A DNA stretch of 64,000 nucleotides from an uncultured Gemmatimonadaceae bacterium (GTDB lineage: Bacteria; Gemmatimonadota; Gemmatimonadetes; Gemmatimonadales; Gemmatimonadaceae): contig CAVUDW010000003.1 in assembly GCA_963740355.1 (NCBI GenBank), positions 1,056,001 through 1,120,000 of the forward strand, written 5' to 3'. Both the position numbers and the translations under genes were made by a program. Below the pieces are notes generated by a model. It made no database searches. It worked only from the letters and a program-made list of their open reading frames with translations, and had not been told where the DNA came from. Below are positions 18,272-32,401 of the stretch, in pieces. Positions within the stretch are counted from its first letter, which is position 1. Each line of letters begins with the position of its first letter.

Positions 18272-19038
18272 TATGCAACCTCCTTCGACTTGGCCCGGCT
18301 CAGGTACTGAATCGAGCTGACTTCAATACCGCGCTCACGCGCGATCTGGTCAACCGTCACCAGCTCCGCCAGGCCGGCCATCACCGCGCGCACGAGATTG
18401 TGCGGGTTGGTGCTGCCAAGGCTCTTGGTAAGGATATCCTGGATACCGACGCACTCGAACACTGCGCGGACGGCACCACCTGCGATCACACCGGCACCCG
18501 GAGCAGCAGGCTTCATCAACACCTTGCCTGCGCCGTGCTTGCCGAGGACTTCGTGCGGGATCGTGGCGCCGGTCAGCGGCACGCTCACCATGTTGCGCTT
18601 GGCGCCTTCGACGGCCTTACGGACCGCCTCTGACACTTCATTCGCCTTTCCGGTCGCATACCCGACCTTGCCCTTCCCGTCGCCAACGGCCACGAGGGCG
18701 TTGAACGAGAAGCGACGACCACCCTTCACGACCTTGGCGACGCGGTTGATCGCAACCACGTTCTCGACCAGATCGGACTGCTCGCGCTCGCCACCGCGGT
18801 TATCACCGCCGCGACCACGGCCTTCACGATTGCCACCGGGGCCACCATCGCGACCGCCACGGTTGCCGCCGGGACCACCAGGGCCTCCGCCGCCAGGACC
18901 GCCGCGACCTGCTCCGCCCCCACGACCACCACCACCGCCCCCACGACCACCACGGGCTCCACCACCACCACCCGGGCCACGGCCTGCGGGGCGCGACGTC
19001 TCACTCGACGGCGCAGTTACGTTCGGCTGATCTGCCAT
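18271..19038 (-). CDS. rpsE: 30S ribosomal protein S5 with Gly/Arg-rich N-terminal extension
   Basis: [30 protein letters not shown]. Confidence 0.97.
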   Translation of the reverse strand: MADQPNVTAPSSETSRPAGRGPGGGGGARGGRGGGGGGRGGGAGRGGPGGGGPGGPGGNRGGRDGGPGGNREGRGRGGDNRGGEREQSDLVENVVAINRVAKVVKGGRRFSFNALVAVGDGKGKVGYATGKANEVSEAVRKAVEGAKRNMVSVPLTGATIPHEVLGKHGAGKVLMKPAAPGAGVIAGGAVRAVFECVGIQDILTKSLGSTNPHNLVRAVMAGLAELVTVDQIARERGIEVSSIQYLSRAKSKEVA

Positions 19039-19039
19039 A

Positions 19040-19396
19040 TCAGAACTCCAGGCCGCCTTCGCGGGCGCCGTCGGCGACCGCCTTCACGCGGCCATGGTAC
19101 TTGTAGCCTGCACGGTCGAAGACGACCTTCGACACGCCCGCTGCCTTCGCCTTTTCGGCGATCATCTTGCCGACCTGCACCGACTTCTCGCTCTTCTTGC
19201 CTTCGAGCTTGACGCTGGTGACGGTCATCATCGTCCGGCCGGTCGTGTCGTCCACGATCTGCGCCGTGATGTGCTTCAGCGACCGGAACACAACCAACCG
19301 GGGCCGTTCCGGCGTGCCTGCCACGTTCTTGCGAACGCGCAGGTGACGACGGGCGCGCAAATCCTGGCGCGTCTTCGGAATCCGCATCTTCGGCAT
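19040..19396 (-). CDS. rplR: 50S ribosomal protein L18
   Basis: [28 protein letters not shown]. Confidence 0.97.
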   Translation of the reverse strand: MPKMRIPKTRQDLRARRHLRVRKNVAGTPERPRLVVFRSLKHITAQIVDDTTGRTMMTVTSVKLEGKKSEKSVQVGKMIAEKAKAAGVSKVVFDRAGYKYHGRVKAVADGAREGGLEF

Positions 19397-19935
19397 TACT
19401 TACCCCCGGCCTTACCCGCCTTACGGCGAATGACTTCACCCTGATACTTGACGCCCTTGCCCTTGTACGGCTCGGGCGGACGCAGGCTGCGGATTTCCGC
19501 GGCGACCTGGCCAACGACTTCCTTGTTCGCGCCATCCACCACGATCGACGTCGGCGTCGGGGCATTCAACTTGATGCCCTCCGGTGCCTTCACCTCGATC
19601 TGATGGCTGTAGCCAAGCGACATCAACAAGCCGTAGGGCTTGTTCTCTGCCTTGTAGCCGACACCGACGATATCGAGGTTCTTCTGGAACCCCTTCGTCA
19701 CGCCGTCGACCATGTTGGCCACCAGCGTCCGGGTCAGGCCGTGCATCGCCTTCGAGGCCGTTTCGTCATTCGGACGAACGACATTGATCACGCTGCCTTC
19801 CACCTTCACCGTGACGATCGGCGGCAGGGAGCGCGAGAGCGTCCCACGCGGGCCCTTCACCGTCACGTTGCGTCCCTCGAGCGTCACCGTCACGCCAGCC
19901 GGCACGTCGATCGGCTTCTTTCCAATTCGCGACAT
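19396..19935 (-). CDS. rplF: 50S ribosomal protein L6
   Basis: [19 protein letters not shown]. Confidence 0.97.
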   Translation of the reverse strand: MSRIGKKPIDVPAGVTVTLEGRNVTVKGPRGTLSRSLPPIVTVKVEGSVINVVRPNDETASKAMHGLTRTLVANMVDGVTKGFQKNLDIVGVGYKAENKPYGLLMSLGYSHQIEVKAPEGIKLNAPTPTSIVVDGANKEVVGQVAAEIRSLRPPEPYKGKGVKYQGEVIRRKAGKAGGK

Positions 19936-19947
19936 CGCAATCTCTCC

Positions 19948-20349
19948 TTAGTACACGATGGCGAGGAGCTCGCCACCAGTGTTGGCGCGACGCGCTTCGC
20001 GGTCGGACATCAGGCCCTTGCTGGTGCTGACAATGGCCATGCCCAACCCGTTGCGCACGCGCGGAATCTCCGTCACGCCCACGTACTTCCGCAGGCCTGG
20101 CGTCGAGATGCGCTTCAATTCGCGAATGACCGGCTGACCGCCGGGAGCGTACTTGAGGATCACGCGCAGCAGCTTGCGGCCTTCCTCGGTGTCGATCACA
20201 CGGTAGTCCGTGATGTAGCTCGACTCCTTGAGGATGCGGGCAACCTGCACCTTCAACTTCGACGACGGCATGTCGACTCGACGGTGGCGCGCGCCAATGG
20301 CGTTGCGCAACCGCGTCAGCATGTCGGCGATCGGATCTGTCATGCTCAT
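19948..20349 (-). CDS. rpsH: 30S ribosomal protein S8
   Basis: DPIADMLTRLRNA, GMAIVSTSKG. Confidence 0.97.
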   Translation of the reverse strand: MSMTDPIADMLTRLRNAIGARHRRVDMPSSKLKVQVARILKESSYITDYRVIDTEEGRKLLRVILKYAPGGQPVIRELKRISTPGLRKYVGVTEIPRVRNGLGMAIVSTSKGLMSDREARRANTGGELLAIVY

Positions 20350-20429
20350 GAATGGGTCCTGTGCGCCCTTCGTGTCCCGTCAGACGGGACGTGAGGACTG
20401 GAAAAAGAAAAGACTGCGACGAACTGGAC

Positions 20430-20735
20430 TTACCAGCTCGCCTTTGTCACGCCGGGAAGGAAGCCGTTGAGGGCCAGCTCCCGGAACTTGTTACGGCCGA
20501 GCCCGAACTGGCGCACGAACCCACGCGGCCGACCGGTCAACTCGCACCGGTTGCGGTACCGCGTCGCCGACGAATCGCGGGGCAGGTTACGCAGCTTTTC
20601 GTAGGCGGCGTCCCGTGCATCCGGATCAGTCTTCGGATCAAGAATAACCTTCTTCAGCTCAGCACGCTTGGCAGCGTACTTCACGATCAGCGCCTTGCGC
20701 TGGGCGTTGCGAACGACCTTGCTGGTCTTTGCCAT
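20430..20735 (-). CDS. rpsN: 30S ribosomal protein S14 (long, non-zinc-ribbon form)
   Basis: [20 protein letters not shown]; 101 aa, single Cys. Confidence 0.96.
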   Translation of the reverse strand: MAKTSKVVRNAQRKALIVKYAAKRAELKKVILDPKTDPDARDAAYEKLRNLPRDSSATRYRNRCELTGRPRGFVRQFGLGRNKFRELALNGFLPGVTKASW

Positions 20736-20745
20736 GTCTCAGAAC

Positions 20746-21513
20746 TCAGGTCAGCGGGGGAATGTTCGGAGACTCGCCCTTGAACGGCATCCCCAGTTCA
20801 CGCAGCAGCGCCAGTGCCTGATCGTCCTTGGTCGACGACGTCACGAACGTGATGTCCATGCCGTGCACGTGCTCCACCATGTCGTAGTTGATCTCCGGGA
20901 AGATCATCTGTTCCTTGACGCCCAGCGAGTAGTTGCCACGGCCGTCGAAGGCGCGGGTGCCGAGTCCACGGAAGTCACGGATACGGGGGATCGAGATCGT
21001 CACGAACCGATCGAGGAATTCCCACATCCGGGCGCCGCGCATCGTCACCTGGGCACCGATCTCCTGGCCTTCGCGCAAGCCGTAGTTGGCGATCGACTTC
21101 TTCGCCTTCCGACGGATCGGCTTCTGGCCGGTGATCAGTTCCAATTCCTCGCAGACCGAATCGAGCACCTTCGGCGTCTTGATCGCTTCGCCCACGCCGC
21201 AGTTGATCACGATCTTCTCGAGCGTCGGGATCTCGTGCACGTTTTCGAGGCTGAACTGCTTGGCCAGGCGATCACGCACCGTGGCCACATAGAACCGCTT
21301 GAGGCGTGGCTCGATGGGGGCCAGCGCCGCGCCGGTGTGCGGTCCGCGCGCGGCCTTCTCGGCGTTGCGACGGCTGTTTTCCGCACCCTTCGAGCTCTTG
21401 CTGGCACCACCCTGCTTGCCACCCTTCCCGCCGGCGGGCGCTCCGCCCTTGCCGCCCTTGGCCGCCGGGGCAGCGTTCTTGCCGCCCTTCGCGCCCTTCT
21501 CCTTCGTCGCCAT
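20746..21513 (-). CDS. rplE: 50S ribosomal protein L5 with Lys/Gly/Ala-rich N-terminal extension
   Basis: KIVINCGVGE, ITGQKP, PRIRDFRG, FDGRGNY. Confidence 0.96.
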   Translation of the reverse strand: MATKEKGAKGGKNAAPAAKGGKGGAPAGGKGGKQGGASKSSKGAENSRRNAEKAARGPHTGAALAPIEPRLKRFYVATVRDRLAKQFSLENVHEIPTLEKIVINCGVGEAIKTPKVLDSVCEELELITGQKPIRRKAKKSIANYGLREGQEIGAQVTMRGARMWEFLDRFVTISIPRIRDFRGLGTRAFDGRGNYSLGVKEQMIFPEINYDMVEHVHGMDITFVTSSTKDDQALALLRELGMPFKGESPNIPPLT

Positions 21514-21530
21514 TCTCTATCTCCTCGCGG

Positions 21531-21929
21531 TCAGCGTGTACGCGGGATGACATCCCCGCTCTTCACGCTCACCCGCTCCTTCGTGCCGTCAGTGTCGATC
21601 CGCGCACGGATGCGCGTCGCCTTGCCCGTCTTCGGATCGATCAGCATCACGTTCGACAGCGCGACTGGCGCCGGCTTCTCGATGATGCCGCCCGTTTCTT
21701 CAGGGCGCGTCGCGCGCGTGTGGCGCTTGACGATGTTGATGCCCTCGACGAGCACGCGGCCCGTCTTCAGGAACACGCGCATGACCTTGCCCGTCTTCCC
21801 CTTGTCGCTGCCCCGCATCACCTGGACCGTGTCGCCCTTCGTGATCTTGGTGACCACGCGGACGGTGTTACCAGCGTGCCGCTTGCGCAGCTTCTGTCCT
21901 TCGGTCTTCCGATACTTGAGAATGCGCAT
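21531..21929 (-). CDS. rplX: 50S ribosomal protein L24
   Basis: KGDTVQVMRGSDKGKTG KOW motif, VEGINI. Confidence 0.95.
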   Translation of the reverse strand: MRILKYRKTEGQKLRKRHAGNTVRVVTKITKGDTVQVMRGSDKGKTGKVMRVFLKTGRVLVEGINIVKRHTRATRPEETGGIIEKPAPVALSNVMLIDPKTGKATRIRARIDTDGTKERVSVKSGDVIPRTR

Positions 21930-21932
21930 GGC

Positions 21933-22301
21933 TTAGAGCACCTCAGGCGCCAGCGAAACGATCTTCGTGTACTTCTTTTCACGAAGTTCGCGCGCCACTG
22001 GGCCGAAGATGCGCGTGCCGCGCGGCTCTCCGGCATCGTTGATGATCACGACGGCGTTTTCGTCGAAGCGGATGTACGTGCCGTCCTTGCGTCGGGTCTC
22101 CTTGACCGTGCGCACGACGACCGCCTTGGCCACATCGGACTTCTTCACCGTGCCATTCGGGAGCGCGTCCTTGACCGCCACGATGACCTTGTCGCCAAGG
22201 CCGGCGTAACGGCGGGCCGAGCCGCCCAGCACGCGGATGACGAGGGCTTTCTTGGCCCCCGAGTTATCCGCGACCTTTACCACTGATTCCTGTTGGATCA
22301 T
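21933..22301 (-). CDS. rplN: 50S ribosomal protein L14
   Basis: [27 protein letters not shown]. Confidence 0.98.
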   Translation of the reverse strand: MIQQESVVKVADNSGAKKALVIRVLGGSARRYAGLGDKVIVAVKDALPNGTVKKSDVAKAVVVRTVKETRRKDGTYIRFDENAVVIINDAGEPRGTRIFGPVARELREKKYTKIVSLAPEVL

Positions 22302-22316
22302 TGTCGTCGCCCCCGG

Positions 22317-22601
22317 TCAGCGCGCGCGCTCGACGATCTCGACGACCCGCCAACGCTTGGTCTTCGAGAGCGGTCGCGTCTCCATGACGCGTACCGTATC
22401 ACCCTGCTTCGCCGAATTCTCCTCGTCGTGCGCCTTCACGGTCTTCGTGAGCGTCATCATCTTGCCGTACTGCGGATGCGGCACACGACGCTCGATCGTG
22501 ACGACCACCGTCTTGTCCATCTTGTCGCTCGTCACCACGCCGGTCCGGATCTTCCGGGCCAGGCGCGTGTTCGCGGCTGAGGACTGCTGAGTCTCTGCCA
22601 T
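22317..22601 (-). CDS. rpsQ: 30S ribosomal protein S17
   Basis: [22 protein letters not shown]. Confidence 0.97.
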   Translation of the reverse strand: MAETQQSSAANTRLARKIRTGVVTSDKMDKTVVVTIERRVPHPQYGKMMTLTKTVKAHDEENSAKQGDTVRVMETRPLSKTKRWRVVEIVERAR

Positions 22602-22609
22602 ATATCTCC

Positions 22610-22801
22610 TTACTTACCCTGCCGCTGACGCAGCACAGTCATGAGTCGGGCCACATCGCGACGAATCGCGCGCTTGCGCAGCGGATTCTCCAGCTGTTCG
22701 GTCGCACCACGGAAGCGCAAACGGAACCGCTCTTCCTGCAGTTCGGCGATCCGCTGCTGGATCGCGTCAACGGTCAATTCCTGAATTTCACTCGCCAGCA
22801 T
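22610..22801 (-). CDS. rpmC: 50S ribosomal protein L29
   Basis: ERFRLRF...LENP...IRRDVAR; start at MLASEI. Confidence 0.93.
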   Translation of the reverse strand: MLASEIQELTVDAIQQRIAELQEERFRLRFRGATEQLENPLRKRAIRRDVARLMTVLRQRQGK

Positions 22802-23219
22802 CGGTATGCGCCTCCTCACGCACGACGAACTTCGTCTTCACGGAGAGCTTGGCCGATGCCAACGCGAGCGCCCGTTCGGCGGTCTCACGCGTCACTCCCT
22901 CGAGCTCGAACAGCATGCGGCCAGGCTTGACCACAGCCACCCATCCTTCCGGCGATCCCTTGCCCTTACCCATGCGCGTTTCCGCCGGCTTCTTGGTGAT
23001 CGGCTTGTCCGGGAAGATACGAATCCAGACCTTGCCGCCACGCTTGATGAAGCGCGTCATCGCGATACGCGCTGCCTCGATCTGCCGGTTGGAAATCCAG
23101 CCCGGCTCGAGCGACTGCAGCCCGAAGTGGCCGAAGGCCACCGTATTGCCACGGCGAGCGACACCTGTCGTCCGCCCCTTGAACATCTTGCGGAACTTGA
23201 TCCGCTTAGGACTCAGCAT
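22788..23219 (-). CDS. rplP: 50S ribosomal protein L16
   Basis: [22 protein letters not shown]. Confidence 0.98.
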   Translation of the reverse strand: MLSPKRIKFRKMFKGRTTGVARRGNTVAFGHFGLQSLEPGWISNRQIEAARIAMTRFIKRGGKVWIRIFPDKPITKKPAETRMGKGKGSPEGWVAVVKPGRMLFELEGVTRETAERALALASAKLSVKTKFVVREEAHTDAGE

Positions 23220-23232
23220 TGGTCAGTACCCC

Positions 23233-23892
23233 TCACGCGCCGGTCGAGTAGGTCTTGCCACGCCGATCTTCCACCACTTCGCCCTTGTAGATCCAGACCT
23301 TGATACCGATGGTGCCAAAGGTGGTCTTCGCGGTTGACTGCGCGTAGTCGATGTCGGCGCGCAGCGTGTGGAGCGGAGTGCGCCCCTCGTTGTAGCCTTC
23401 GACGCGCGCGATTTCCGCACCGCCCAGACGACCGCTGCACTTGATCTTGATGCCCTGCGCGCCCATCCGCATCGCGCTCTGCACCGCACGCTTCATGGCG
23501 CGACGGAACGAGATGCGCTGCGCGAGCTGGTTCGCGACGTTGTCGCCGACCAACTGCGCGTCGAGCTCGGGACGCTTGATTTCCTCGACGTTGATGCCGA
23601 TTTCCTTGCCCGTGAGCTGAGCCAGCTCATCGCGCAGCTTGTCGACTTCCGCGCCCTTCTTGCCGATCACGACGCCTGGACGGCCCGTGTGCAGCGTCAC
23701 CGTCGCCTTGCCCGGCTTCCGCTCGATGCGGATGTCGGACAGCGCCGCATGCTCGAGGCGCTTGTGCAGGTACTTCCGCAGCAACGCGTCTTCCTTCAGC
23801 AGCTGCGGGTAGTCCCGGTTCGCATACCACGTCGACCGCCACGTCTTGGACACGCCAAGACGAAAGCCGATCGGATTGGTCTTCTGACCCAT
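23233..23892 (-). CDS. rpsC: 30S ribosomal protein S3
   Basis: [34 protein letters not shown]. Confidence 0.98.
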   Translation of the reverse strand: MGQKTNPIGFRLGVSKTWRSTWYANRDYPQLLKEDALLRKYLHKRLEHAALSDIRIERKPGKATVTLHTGRPGVVIGKKGAEVDKLRDELAQLTGKEIGINVEEIKRPELDAQLVGDNVANQLAQRISFRRAMKRAVQSAMRMGAQGIKIKCSGRLGGAEIARVEGYNEGRTPLHTLRADIDYAQSTAKTTFGTIGIKVWIYKGEVVEDRRGKTYSTGA

Positions 23893-24269
23893 TAGCGCGT
23901 CCCCCGCTCAGTCACCGTGATCTCGATGTGGCTCGTCCGCTTGATCATCGGCGTGGCCCGCCCCATCGCCGCTGGCGTGAAGCGCTTCAACTTCGGTCCT
24001 TCATTCACCACCGCGCGGGTGATCACGAGCTGGTCGACATCGACCGGCGTCCGGCTCTCACGGCTCGCATACTCCGCATTCGCCACCGCCGAGTCGAGGA
24101 CCTTCTTGATCTCCTTCGACGCGTGCTTCTTCGAGAACTGCAGCAGCGCGAGCGCTTCGTTCACGCTCTTGCCACGGATCTGGTCGACAACCAGGCGCAC
24201 CTTGTAGGGCGACTGGCGCGTGCCACGCTGGATGGCCTTCGCCTCATGCAGGATGACTGTCTCCGCCAT
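23892..24269 (-). CDS. rplV: 50S ribosomal protein L22
   Basis: [21 protein letters not shown]. Confidence 0.97.
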   Translation of the reverse strand: MAETVILHEAKAIQRGTRQSPYKVRLVVDQIRGKSVNEALALLQFSKKHASKEIKKVLDSAVANAEYASRESRTPVDVDQLVITRAVVNEGPKLKRFTPAAMGRATPMIKRTSHIEITVTERGTR

Positions 24270-24272
24270 GAT

Positions 24273-24578
24273 TTACTTGCCTCCCTTCGGCGCGCCGCCG
24301 GTCTTCTTGTCGGCTGCCTTCTGGCCCACGTGACCGCGGAACAGACGCGTCGGCGAGAATTCGCCGAACTTGTGGCCGACCATGTTTTCCGTCACGTACA
24401 CGGGCACGAACTTGTTGCCGTTGTGCACCGCGAAGGTGTGACCGACGAAGTCCGGCAGCACCGTGCTGGCGCGGCTCCACGTCTTGATCACCTTCTTCTC
24501 GTTCTTGGCGTTCATCGCAGCCACCCGTTCCACCAGGCGCGTCTGCACGAACGGCCCCTTCTTCAGACTCCGAGCCAT
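24273..24578 (-). CDS. rpsS: 30S ribosomal protein S19
   Basis: [25 protein letters not shown]. Confidence 0.98.
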   Translation of the reverse strand: MARSLKKGPFVQTRLVERVAAMNAKNEKKVIKTWSRASTVLPDFVGHTFAVHNGNKFVPVYVTENMVGHKFGEFSPTRLFRGHVGQKAADKKTGGAPKGGK

Positions 24579-24593
24579 TAGTCGTCGCTCCGG

Positions 24594-25424
24594 TTACTGG
24601 GTTGCCTTGCCACGCTTCCGACCGCGCACGATCAGGCGCTGCGAGGCCTTCTTCTTGTTGCGCGTCTTCACGCCTTCCTTGTTGCCCCACTTGTCCACGA
24701 CGTTCCGGCCGCCGCGCGTACGACCACCATGCGGGTGATCGACCGGGTTCATCACTTCACCACGCACCTTCGGACGCTTGCCCAACCAGCGGCTCTTGCC
24801 CGCCTTGCCATGGCTCAGCAGCTCGTGCTCGGCGTTACCCACCTCGCCGATCGTCGCCATGCAGGTGCCATGAATCATGCGCATCTCCGAGCTCGGCAGA
24901 CGCAGCGTGACGTAATCGCCTTCCTTCGCCATCACCGTCAGGCTCGAGCCGGCTGACCGCGCCAGCTGACCGCCCTTACCCGGCTTCAGCTCGACGTTGT
25001 GCACCGACGTGCCGAGCGGCATTTCCTTCAGCGGCAGGCAGTTGGCGAGGCGCACATCCGACCCCGGGCCGCTGACGATCGTGTCGCCGACGTTCAGGCC
25101 CTTCGGGTGGATGATGTAGCGCTTCTCGCCATCCGCGTACTCGACCAGCGCGATACGCGCCGAACGGTTCGGGTCGTACTCGATCTCGCGCACCGTGGCG
25201 ACCATGCCGAACTTGTTGCGCTTGAAGTCGATGATGCGGTACTTCCGCTTGTGACCACCACCGATGCGACGCATCGAGATGTGACCGTGGTTGTCGCGAC
25301 CACCGCTCTTCTTGAGCGGCTCGGTGAGCGACTTCTCCGGCGTCGTGCGGGTGATCACGGCGAAGTCCGACACGCTGCGGAAGCGCGACGACTTCGTCAC
25401 TGGCTTGAATTGACGAATGCCCAT
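24594..25424 (-). CDS. rplB: 50S ribosomal protein L2
   Basis: [34 protein letters not shown]. Confidence 0.98.
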   Translation of the reverse strand: MGIRQFKPVTKSSRFRSVSDFAVITRTTPEKSLTEPLKKSGGRDNHGHISMRRIGGGHKRKYRIIDFKRNKFGMVATVREIEYDPNRSARIALVEYADGEKRYIIHPKGLNVGDTIVSGPGSDVRLANCLPLKEMPLGTSVHNVELKPGKGGQLARSAGSSLTVMAKEGDYVTLRLPSSEMRMIHGTCMATIGEVGNAEHELLSHGKAGKSRWLGKRPKVRGEVMNPVDHPHGGRTRGGRNVVDKWGNKEGVKTRNKKKASQRLIVRGRKRGKATQ

Positions 25425-25427
25425 CGC

Positions 25428-25715
25428 TTAACCCTCGAAGACCGGGATCGTGTCTCCGGCCTTCAGCCGCACGATCGCCTTCTTGTAGTTGGGACGCTTC
25501 CCCTTGGACTGCCCCACCGTGCGCTGCTTGCCGCGGCAGTTGAGCGTCCACACGTCGGTCACCGTCACGCCGAACAGGATCTGGATGGCGTTCGCGATGC
25601 CGTGCTTCGTTGACTTCGGGTGAACCTGGAAGGTGTACTCACCGAGGTTCTGGTACGCCGTGCTGCTCCGCTCACTGATGATCGGGCGCACGATGGTCTC
25701 GTGGATCGTCGGCAT
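25428..25715 (-). CDS. rplW: 50S ribosomal protein L23
   Basis: RPIISE, YTFQV, YKKAIVRL; position in S10 cluster. Confidence 0.95.
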   Translation of the reverse strand: MPTIHETIVRPIISERSSTAYQNLGEYTFQVHPKSTKHGIANAIQILFGVTVTDVWTLNCRGKQRTVGQSKGKRPNYKKAIVRLKAGDTIPVFEG

Positions 25716-25716
25716 G

Positions 25717-26370
25717 TTACTTCGCCTCCGCAGCGGCTGCCGTCTGCGCGGTCAGCGCCGAGGCTTCGATGATGACCACGTCCGACCACATCACATGGTA
25801 CGTACCGACATCCTGGTACGGCATGACGTGGGTCGACGGGATGTTGCGTGCGCTGAGGAACGTCATCGGCTTCACACCATCCGTGAGGAACAACACCTTC
25901 CGATCCGCCACGCCCAGCTTGCCGAGCAGCGACAGCATCGCCTTCGTGCTCGGTGCCTTCATCTCGAAGGAATCGATCACGAGGAGGTCGTTCTCACGGG
26001 CGCGGACGTTCAATGCGCTCTTCTTGCCCAGCGTCCGGACCTTCTTCTGCACGCGCTGCGTGTAGTCACGCGGCGTCGGGCCGAAGACGGTACCACCACC
26101 CGGCCAGTGCGGGGCGCGGGTCGAGCCCTGACGGGCGCGGCCAGTTCCCTTCTGCTTCCACGGCTTCTGGTTACCACCCACCACCTTGCCGCGCGTCTTG
26201 GTCGACGCGGTGCCCTGGCGCTGGTTGGCCAGCGTGGCCTTCACCACCTGATGGATCACCGGCACGTTCACCGTTCCGTCGAACAGCGCCTCGGGCAGCG
26301 TGATCGCTGCCTTCGCCTTGCCGTCCGCGCTGAACGCGCGTGCCTGCAGTGTCATTGTCTCTGTCGTCAT
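25717..26370 (-). CDS. rplD: 50S ribosomal protein L4
   Basis: RQGTASTKTR, KPWKQKGTGRARQG; start at MTTETM. Confidence 0.96.
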   Translation of the reverse strand: MTTETMTLQARAFSADGKAKAAITLPEALFDGTVNVPVIHQVVKATLANQRQGTASTKTRGKVVGGNQKPWKQKGTGRARQGSTRAPHWPGGGTVFGPTPRDYTQRVQKKVRTLGKKSALNVRARENDLLVIDSFEMKAPSTKAMLSLLGKLGVADRKVLFLTDGVKPMTFLSARNIPSTHVMPYQDVGTYHVMWSDVVIIEASALTAQTAAAAEAK

Positions 26371-26374
26371 CGGC

Positions 26375-27058
26375 TCAACCCTGCTTCTTGACGAGGACGA
26401 TTCCGTTGGTCGGACCCGCCACTGCGCCACGGATGTAGATCAGATTGCGCTCCACGTCCACCTTCTCGACCCGCAGGCCGATCTGGGTGTGACGGTGATC
26501 GCCGTAGTGACCGGGCATCTTCTTGCCCTTGATCACGCGCGACGGATCCGTGCCCGGTCCGATGGAGCCAGGACGACGGTGCTTCGTGTTGCCGTGCGTG
26601 TTGGGACCGCCACCGAAGCCGTAGCGCTTGACGACACCCTGGAAGCCACGGCCCTTGCTGGTGCCGGTGACCTTCACGATCTCGCCCGGCGCAAACAGCT
26701 CGACGGTGAGCTTCTGGCCCAACTCGTACGTCGGGATCTCGGGGTTCTTGCCCGGCGCGTCATCGATGCGGAAGCTGCGGATCACTTCCGGCGGATTGGT
26801 CAGGCCTGCCTTGGCGGCATGCCCGACTTCGGCCTTCGGTGCGCGGTTACCACGCGGGGTACGCTCACCCGGCTTCGACTCACGACGCACGCGCTGTGCG
26901 CCATACCCAAGCTCGACCGACGCGAAGCCGGCCGTTGCCTTCTCCATCACCTTCGTGACCGTGTTGGGAGTTGCCTCCACAACAGTCACCGGGATCTGCT
27001 GCCCGATCTCGTTAAAGATCTGGGTCATCCCGACCTTTCGTCCAATGATGCCGATCAT
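26375..27058 (-). CDS. rplC: 50S ribosomal protein L3
   Basis: GRKVGMTQIF, SKGRGFQGVVKR, KGKKMPGH. Confidence 0.98.
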   Translation of the reverse strand: MIGIIGRKVGMTQIFNEIGQQIPVTVVEATPNTVTKVMEKATAGFASVELGYGAQRVRRESKPGERTPRGNRAPKAEVGHAAKAGLTNPPEVIRSFRIDDAPGKNPEIPTYELGQKLTVELFAPGEIVKVTGTSKGRGFQGVVKRYGFGGGPNTHGNTKHRRPGSIGPGTDPSRVIKGKKMPGHYGDHRHTQIGLRVEKVDVERNLIYIRGAVAGPTNGIVLVKKQG

Positions 27059-27211
27059 TTCTCTCTCAGCTCAGTCACTGCCCGGCGCGGCGTGCGGCCC
27101 GCGACGACAACGGCAGTTGGACTCTGGCTCCCACCGGCGAATTCCGGCGGCGAACCCGCACCCGCGACCTCACCCAGCGTCGCAGACCCACACCTGCACC
27201 TGCACCCGCAA

Positions 27212-27520
27212 CTACTCGACCTTGATTTCGACGTCCACACCTGCCGGCAGGTCCAGCTTCGTCAGCGCGTCGACCGTCTGCGCCTTGGAGTCCAGGATGT
27301 CGATCACACGCTTGTGCGTCTTCAGCTGGAACTGTTCCCGCGACTTCTTGTCGACGTGCGGCGAGCGGAGCACCGTCCACCGCTGCGTCTTGGTCGGCAG
27401 TGGAATCGGGCCGGACACCTGTGCGCCGGTCTTTTCAGCCGTGCGCACGATGTCTGCCGCTGCCTGATCGATCACCGCGTGATCGAACGCCTTCAGTCGA
27501 ATCCGAATCTTGCCAGCCAT
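27212..27520 (-). CDS. rpsJ: 30S ribosomal protein S10
   Basis: [31 protein letters not shown]. Confidence 0.98.
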   Translation of the reverse strand: MAGKIRIRLKAFDHAVIDQAAADIVRTAEKTGAQVSGPIPLPTKTQRWTVLRSPHVDKKSREQFQLKTHKRVIDILDSKAQTVDALTKLDLPAGVDVEIKVE

Positions 27521-27535
27521 TGCAGCTCCAGAGTG

Positions 27536-28729
<1,194 letters not shown>

Positions 28730-28768
28730 GCTGCGTTCCTCTCGTCCGTTTAGTGAATCAGTGCAGGC

Positions 28769-30889
<2,121 letters not shown>

Positions 30890-30939
30890 GCGCGGAAACT
30901 CTCAGATGAGGCTGGAAGGCCAGTTGAGTCCAACAAAAA

Positions 30940-30992
30940 ACCGAATGGATCCAGGCACCCCGTTGGGGCCGATATCCATTCGCTGCCGCCGG
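30940..30992 (-). terminator. intrinsic terminator-like hairpin in the fusA 5' leader
   Basis: Minus strand CGAATGGAT...ATCCATTCG stem with inner CCCC/GGGG pairing followed by GTTTTTTGTT, about 50 nt before the fusA ATG. Confidence 0.65.
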
Positions 30993-31111
30993 GTACACGC
31001 GGACTGCGTGGGGACCCAAGGCGCGCCGCCGAAGCGACGTCTCATTTGTCGATACCGCGGCAGCCATACGAAAAGGCGCCGACAACACCGTTCTTGCGAG
31101 ACAGATCGCGG

Positions 31112-31139
31112 AAATTAGTGGCGACTGCCCCCAAGTCAA
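31112..31139 (-). promoter_or_regulatory. putative sigma70 promoter for fusA-tuf-S10
   Basis: TTGACT-N16-TAATTT on the minus strand. Confidence 0.55.
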
Positions 31140-31174
31140 TGCCCGACAGTCACATGGACCGCGTGCATGGGCCC

Positions 31175-32395
31175 CTACCCGCCGAGGACGCGTCCCAAGT
31201 GGCGACGCCACCGGCGGAAGCTCCGGCTGGCCCCCTCCGACCCGACAGATCCGGAGGCCGACGCGGCTCCCGCTCCTCCGGCGTCTCCAGCATCTCCCGC
31301 ATCAACGGCACCGGCTCGGCCCAGTGCCCAAGGCCAGCCGGACACCGCGTCGCCGAGTCCGTGCATCGCCTGCCGCCACCAATACCGAGACCACGCAACG
31401 GACGGGCTCGCTGCTGGAGAATGGAAGGCACGAAGCACCCATTCGCGCTCGGTCATGCCGGTCAACCAGCCGTTTCGACCGCGGAGTGCCACGATGGCAG
31501 ACTCGTCTACAGCCAGGCCGGCCAGGCGGCTCGCCGTCCATAGCCCCCAGCCGACGGGGAGCCCAGCCCCAATCGACTGCGCGGCCGCCACGACCTCGCG
31601 CCATTCTTTTCCGGCACCAAGCGCTGCCGAGCTCAGCCGATGGGTGTCGTGCAGGTACTGCCAACTGCCGACCTCGCCTTCGTGATTCCATGCCCAATGC
31701 ACTGAGGCGTGCACCAGGTGCCAGGCGGGGGGCAGCACCCTGACCCGGCGCTCGCCCCATGCGACATCCACACCCCGCGCCACCCAGGTCGCGGCCGGCT
31801 CGTCGGCAAATGGATGCCGCGGCGGAAAGAGGCTGCGATGCAGCTCGAGTCGGATACCGCCGCGCCACAGCAGCGGGGCGTCATGGTGATGGTCAGCGTA
31901 CGAGCTCTCACTGCCGCTTTCCCGCCACCCCGCCCGCCGGAGCGCCTCACGTGCCGCGACGTGCTGCTCAGGTTTCACCAGCAGATCGAGGTCGCCCATG
32001 CTCCGGAGCATGAAGTCATCCCGGCTCTGCATCGCCAGCGCCGCCCCCTTGAGCCAGAGCGCCGACACCCCGGCCCCGAGCAGGGCATCGACCGCGGCAC
32101 CCGCCGCTTCAGACAACTCCGCGCTGCGGAACGCGGCCACCCGGAAGATGCCCTGCATGGCATGGTGCACGTCATCCGGCACCGAGCCCACCGGCGCCGC
32201 ACGCAACAGTCGGAACACCTGCGCCTCGGCCCGTTCGAACGACGTCAGCGACACCAACGTCGGCCAGTGCACATCACTCCACGGGAGCTGTGCAGCCACT
32301 GACGCACCTCCATCGGGCATCGCGGCTGCCACCAGCACGCGCGCAGAGGGCGATAGCAGCGCGGGGGCCGTGCGTGGAGTCAGTGGCGCGAGCAT
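31175..32395 (-). CDS. nucleotidyltransferase family protein (NTP_transf_5-like), RiPP-cluster associated
   Basis: LWLKGAAL...RSMGDLDLLV...LELHRSLF signature. Confidence 0.8.
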   Translation of the reverse strand: MLAPLTPRTAPALLSPSARVLVAAAMPDGGASVAAQLPWSDVHWPTLVSLTSFERAEAQVFRLLRAAPVGSVPDDVHHAMQGIFRVAAFRSAELSEAAGAAVDALLGAGVSALWLKGAALAMQSRDDFMLRSMGDLDLLVKPEQHVAAREALRRAGWRESGSESSYADHHHDAPLLWRGGIRLELHRSLFPPRHPFADEPAATWVARGVDVAWGERRVRVLPPAWHLVHASVHWAWNHEGEVGSWQYLHDTHRLSSAALGAGKEWREVVAAAQSIGAGLPVGWGLWTASRLAGLAVDESAIVALRGRNGWLTGMTEREWVLRAFHSPAASPSVAWSRYWWRQAMHGLGDAVSGWPWALGRAGAVDAGDAGDAGGAGAASASGSVGSEGASRSFRRWRRHLGRVLGG

Positions 32396-32401
32396 CAGGC
32401 G

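Noticed and set aside
20430..20735. Non-zinc long S14 as a sign of gene replacement
   Set aside because: The long form is widespread, and replacement cannot be shown without a phylogeny.
27059..27211. rpsJ-rplC spacer with CACCTG short repeats and a small hairpin; 61-aa ORF
   Set aside because: Low-complexity spacer with no convincing coding or known RNA signal.
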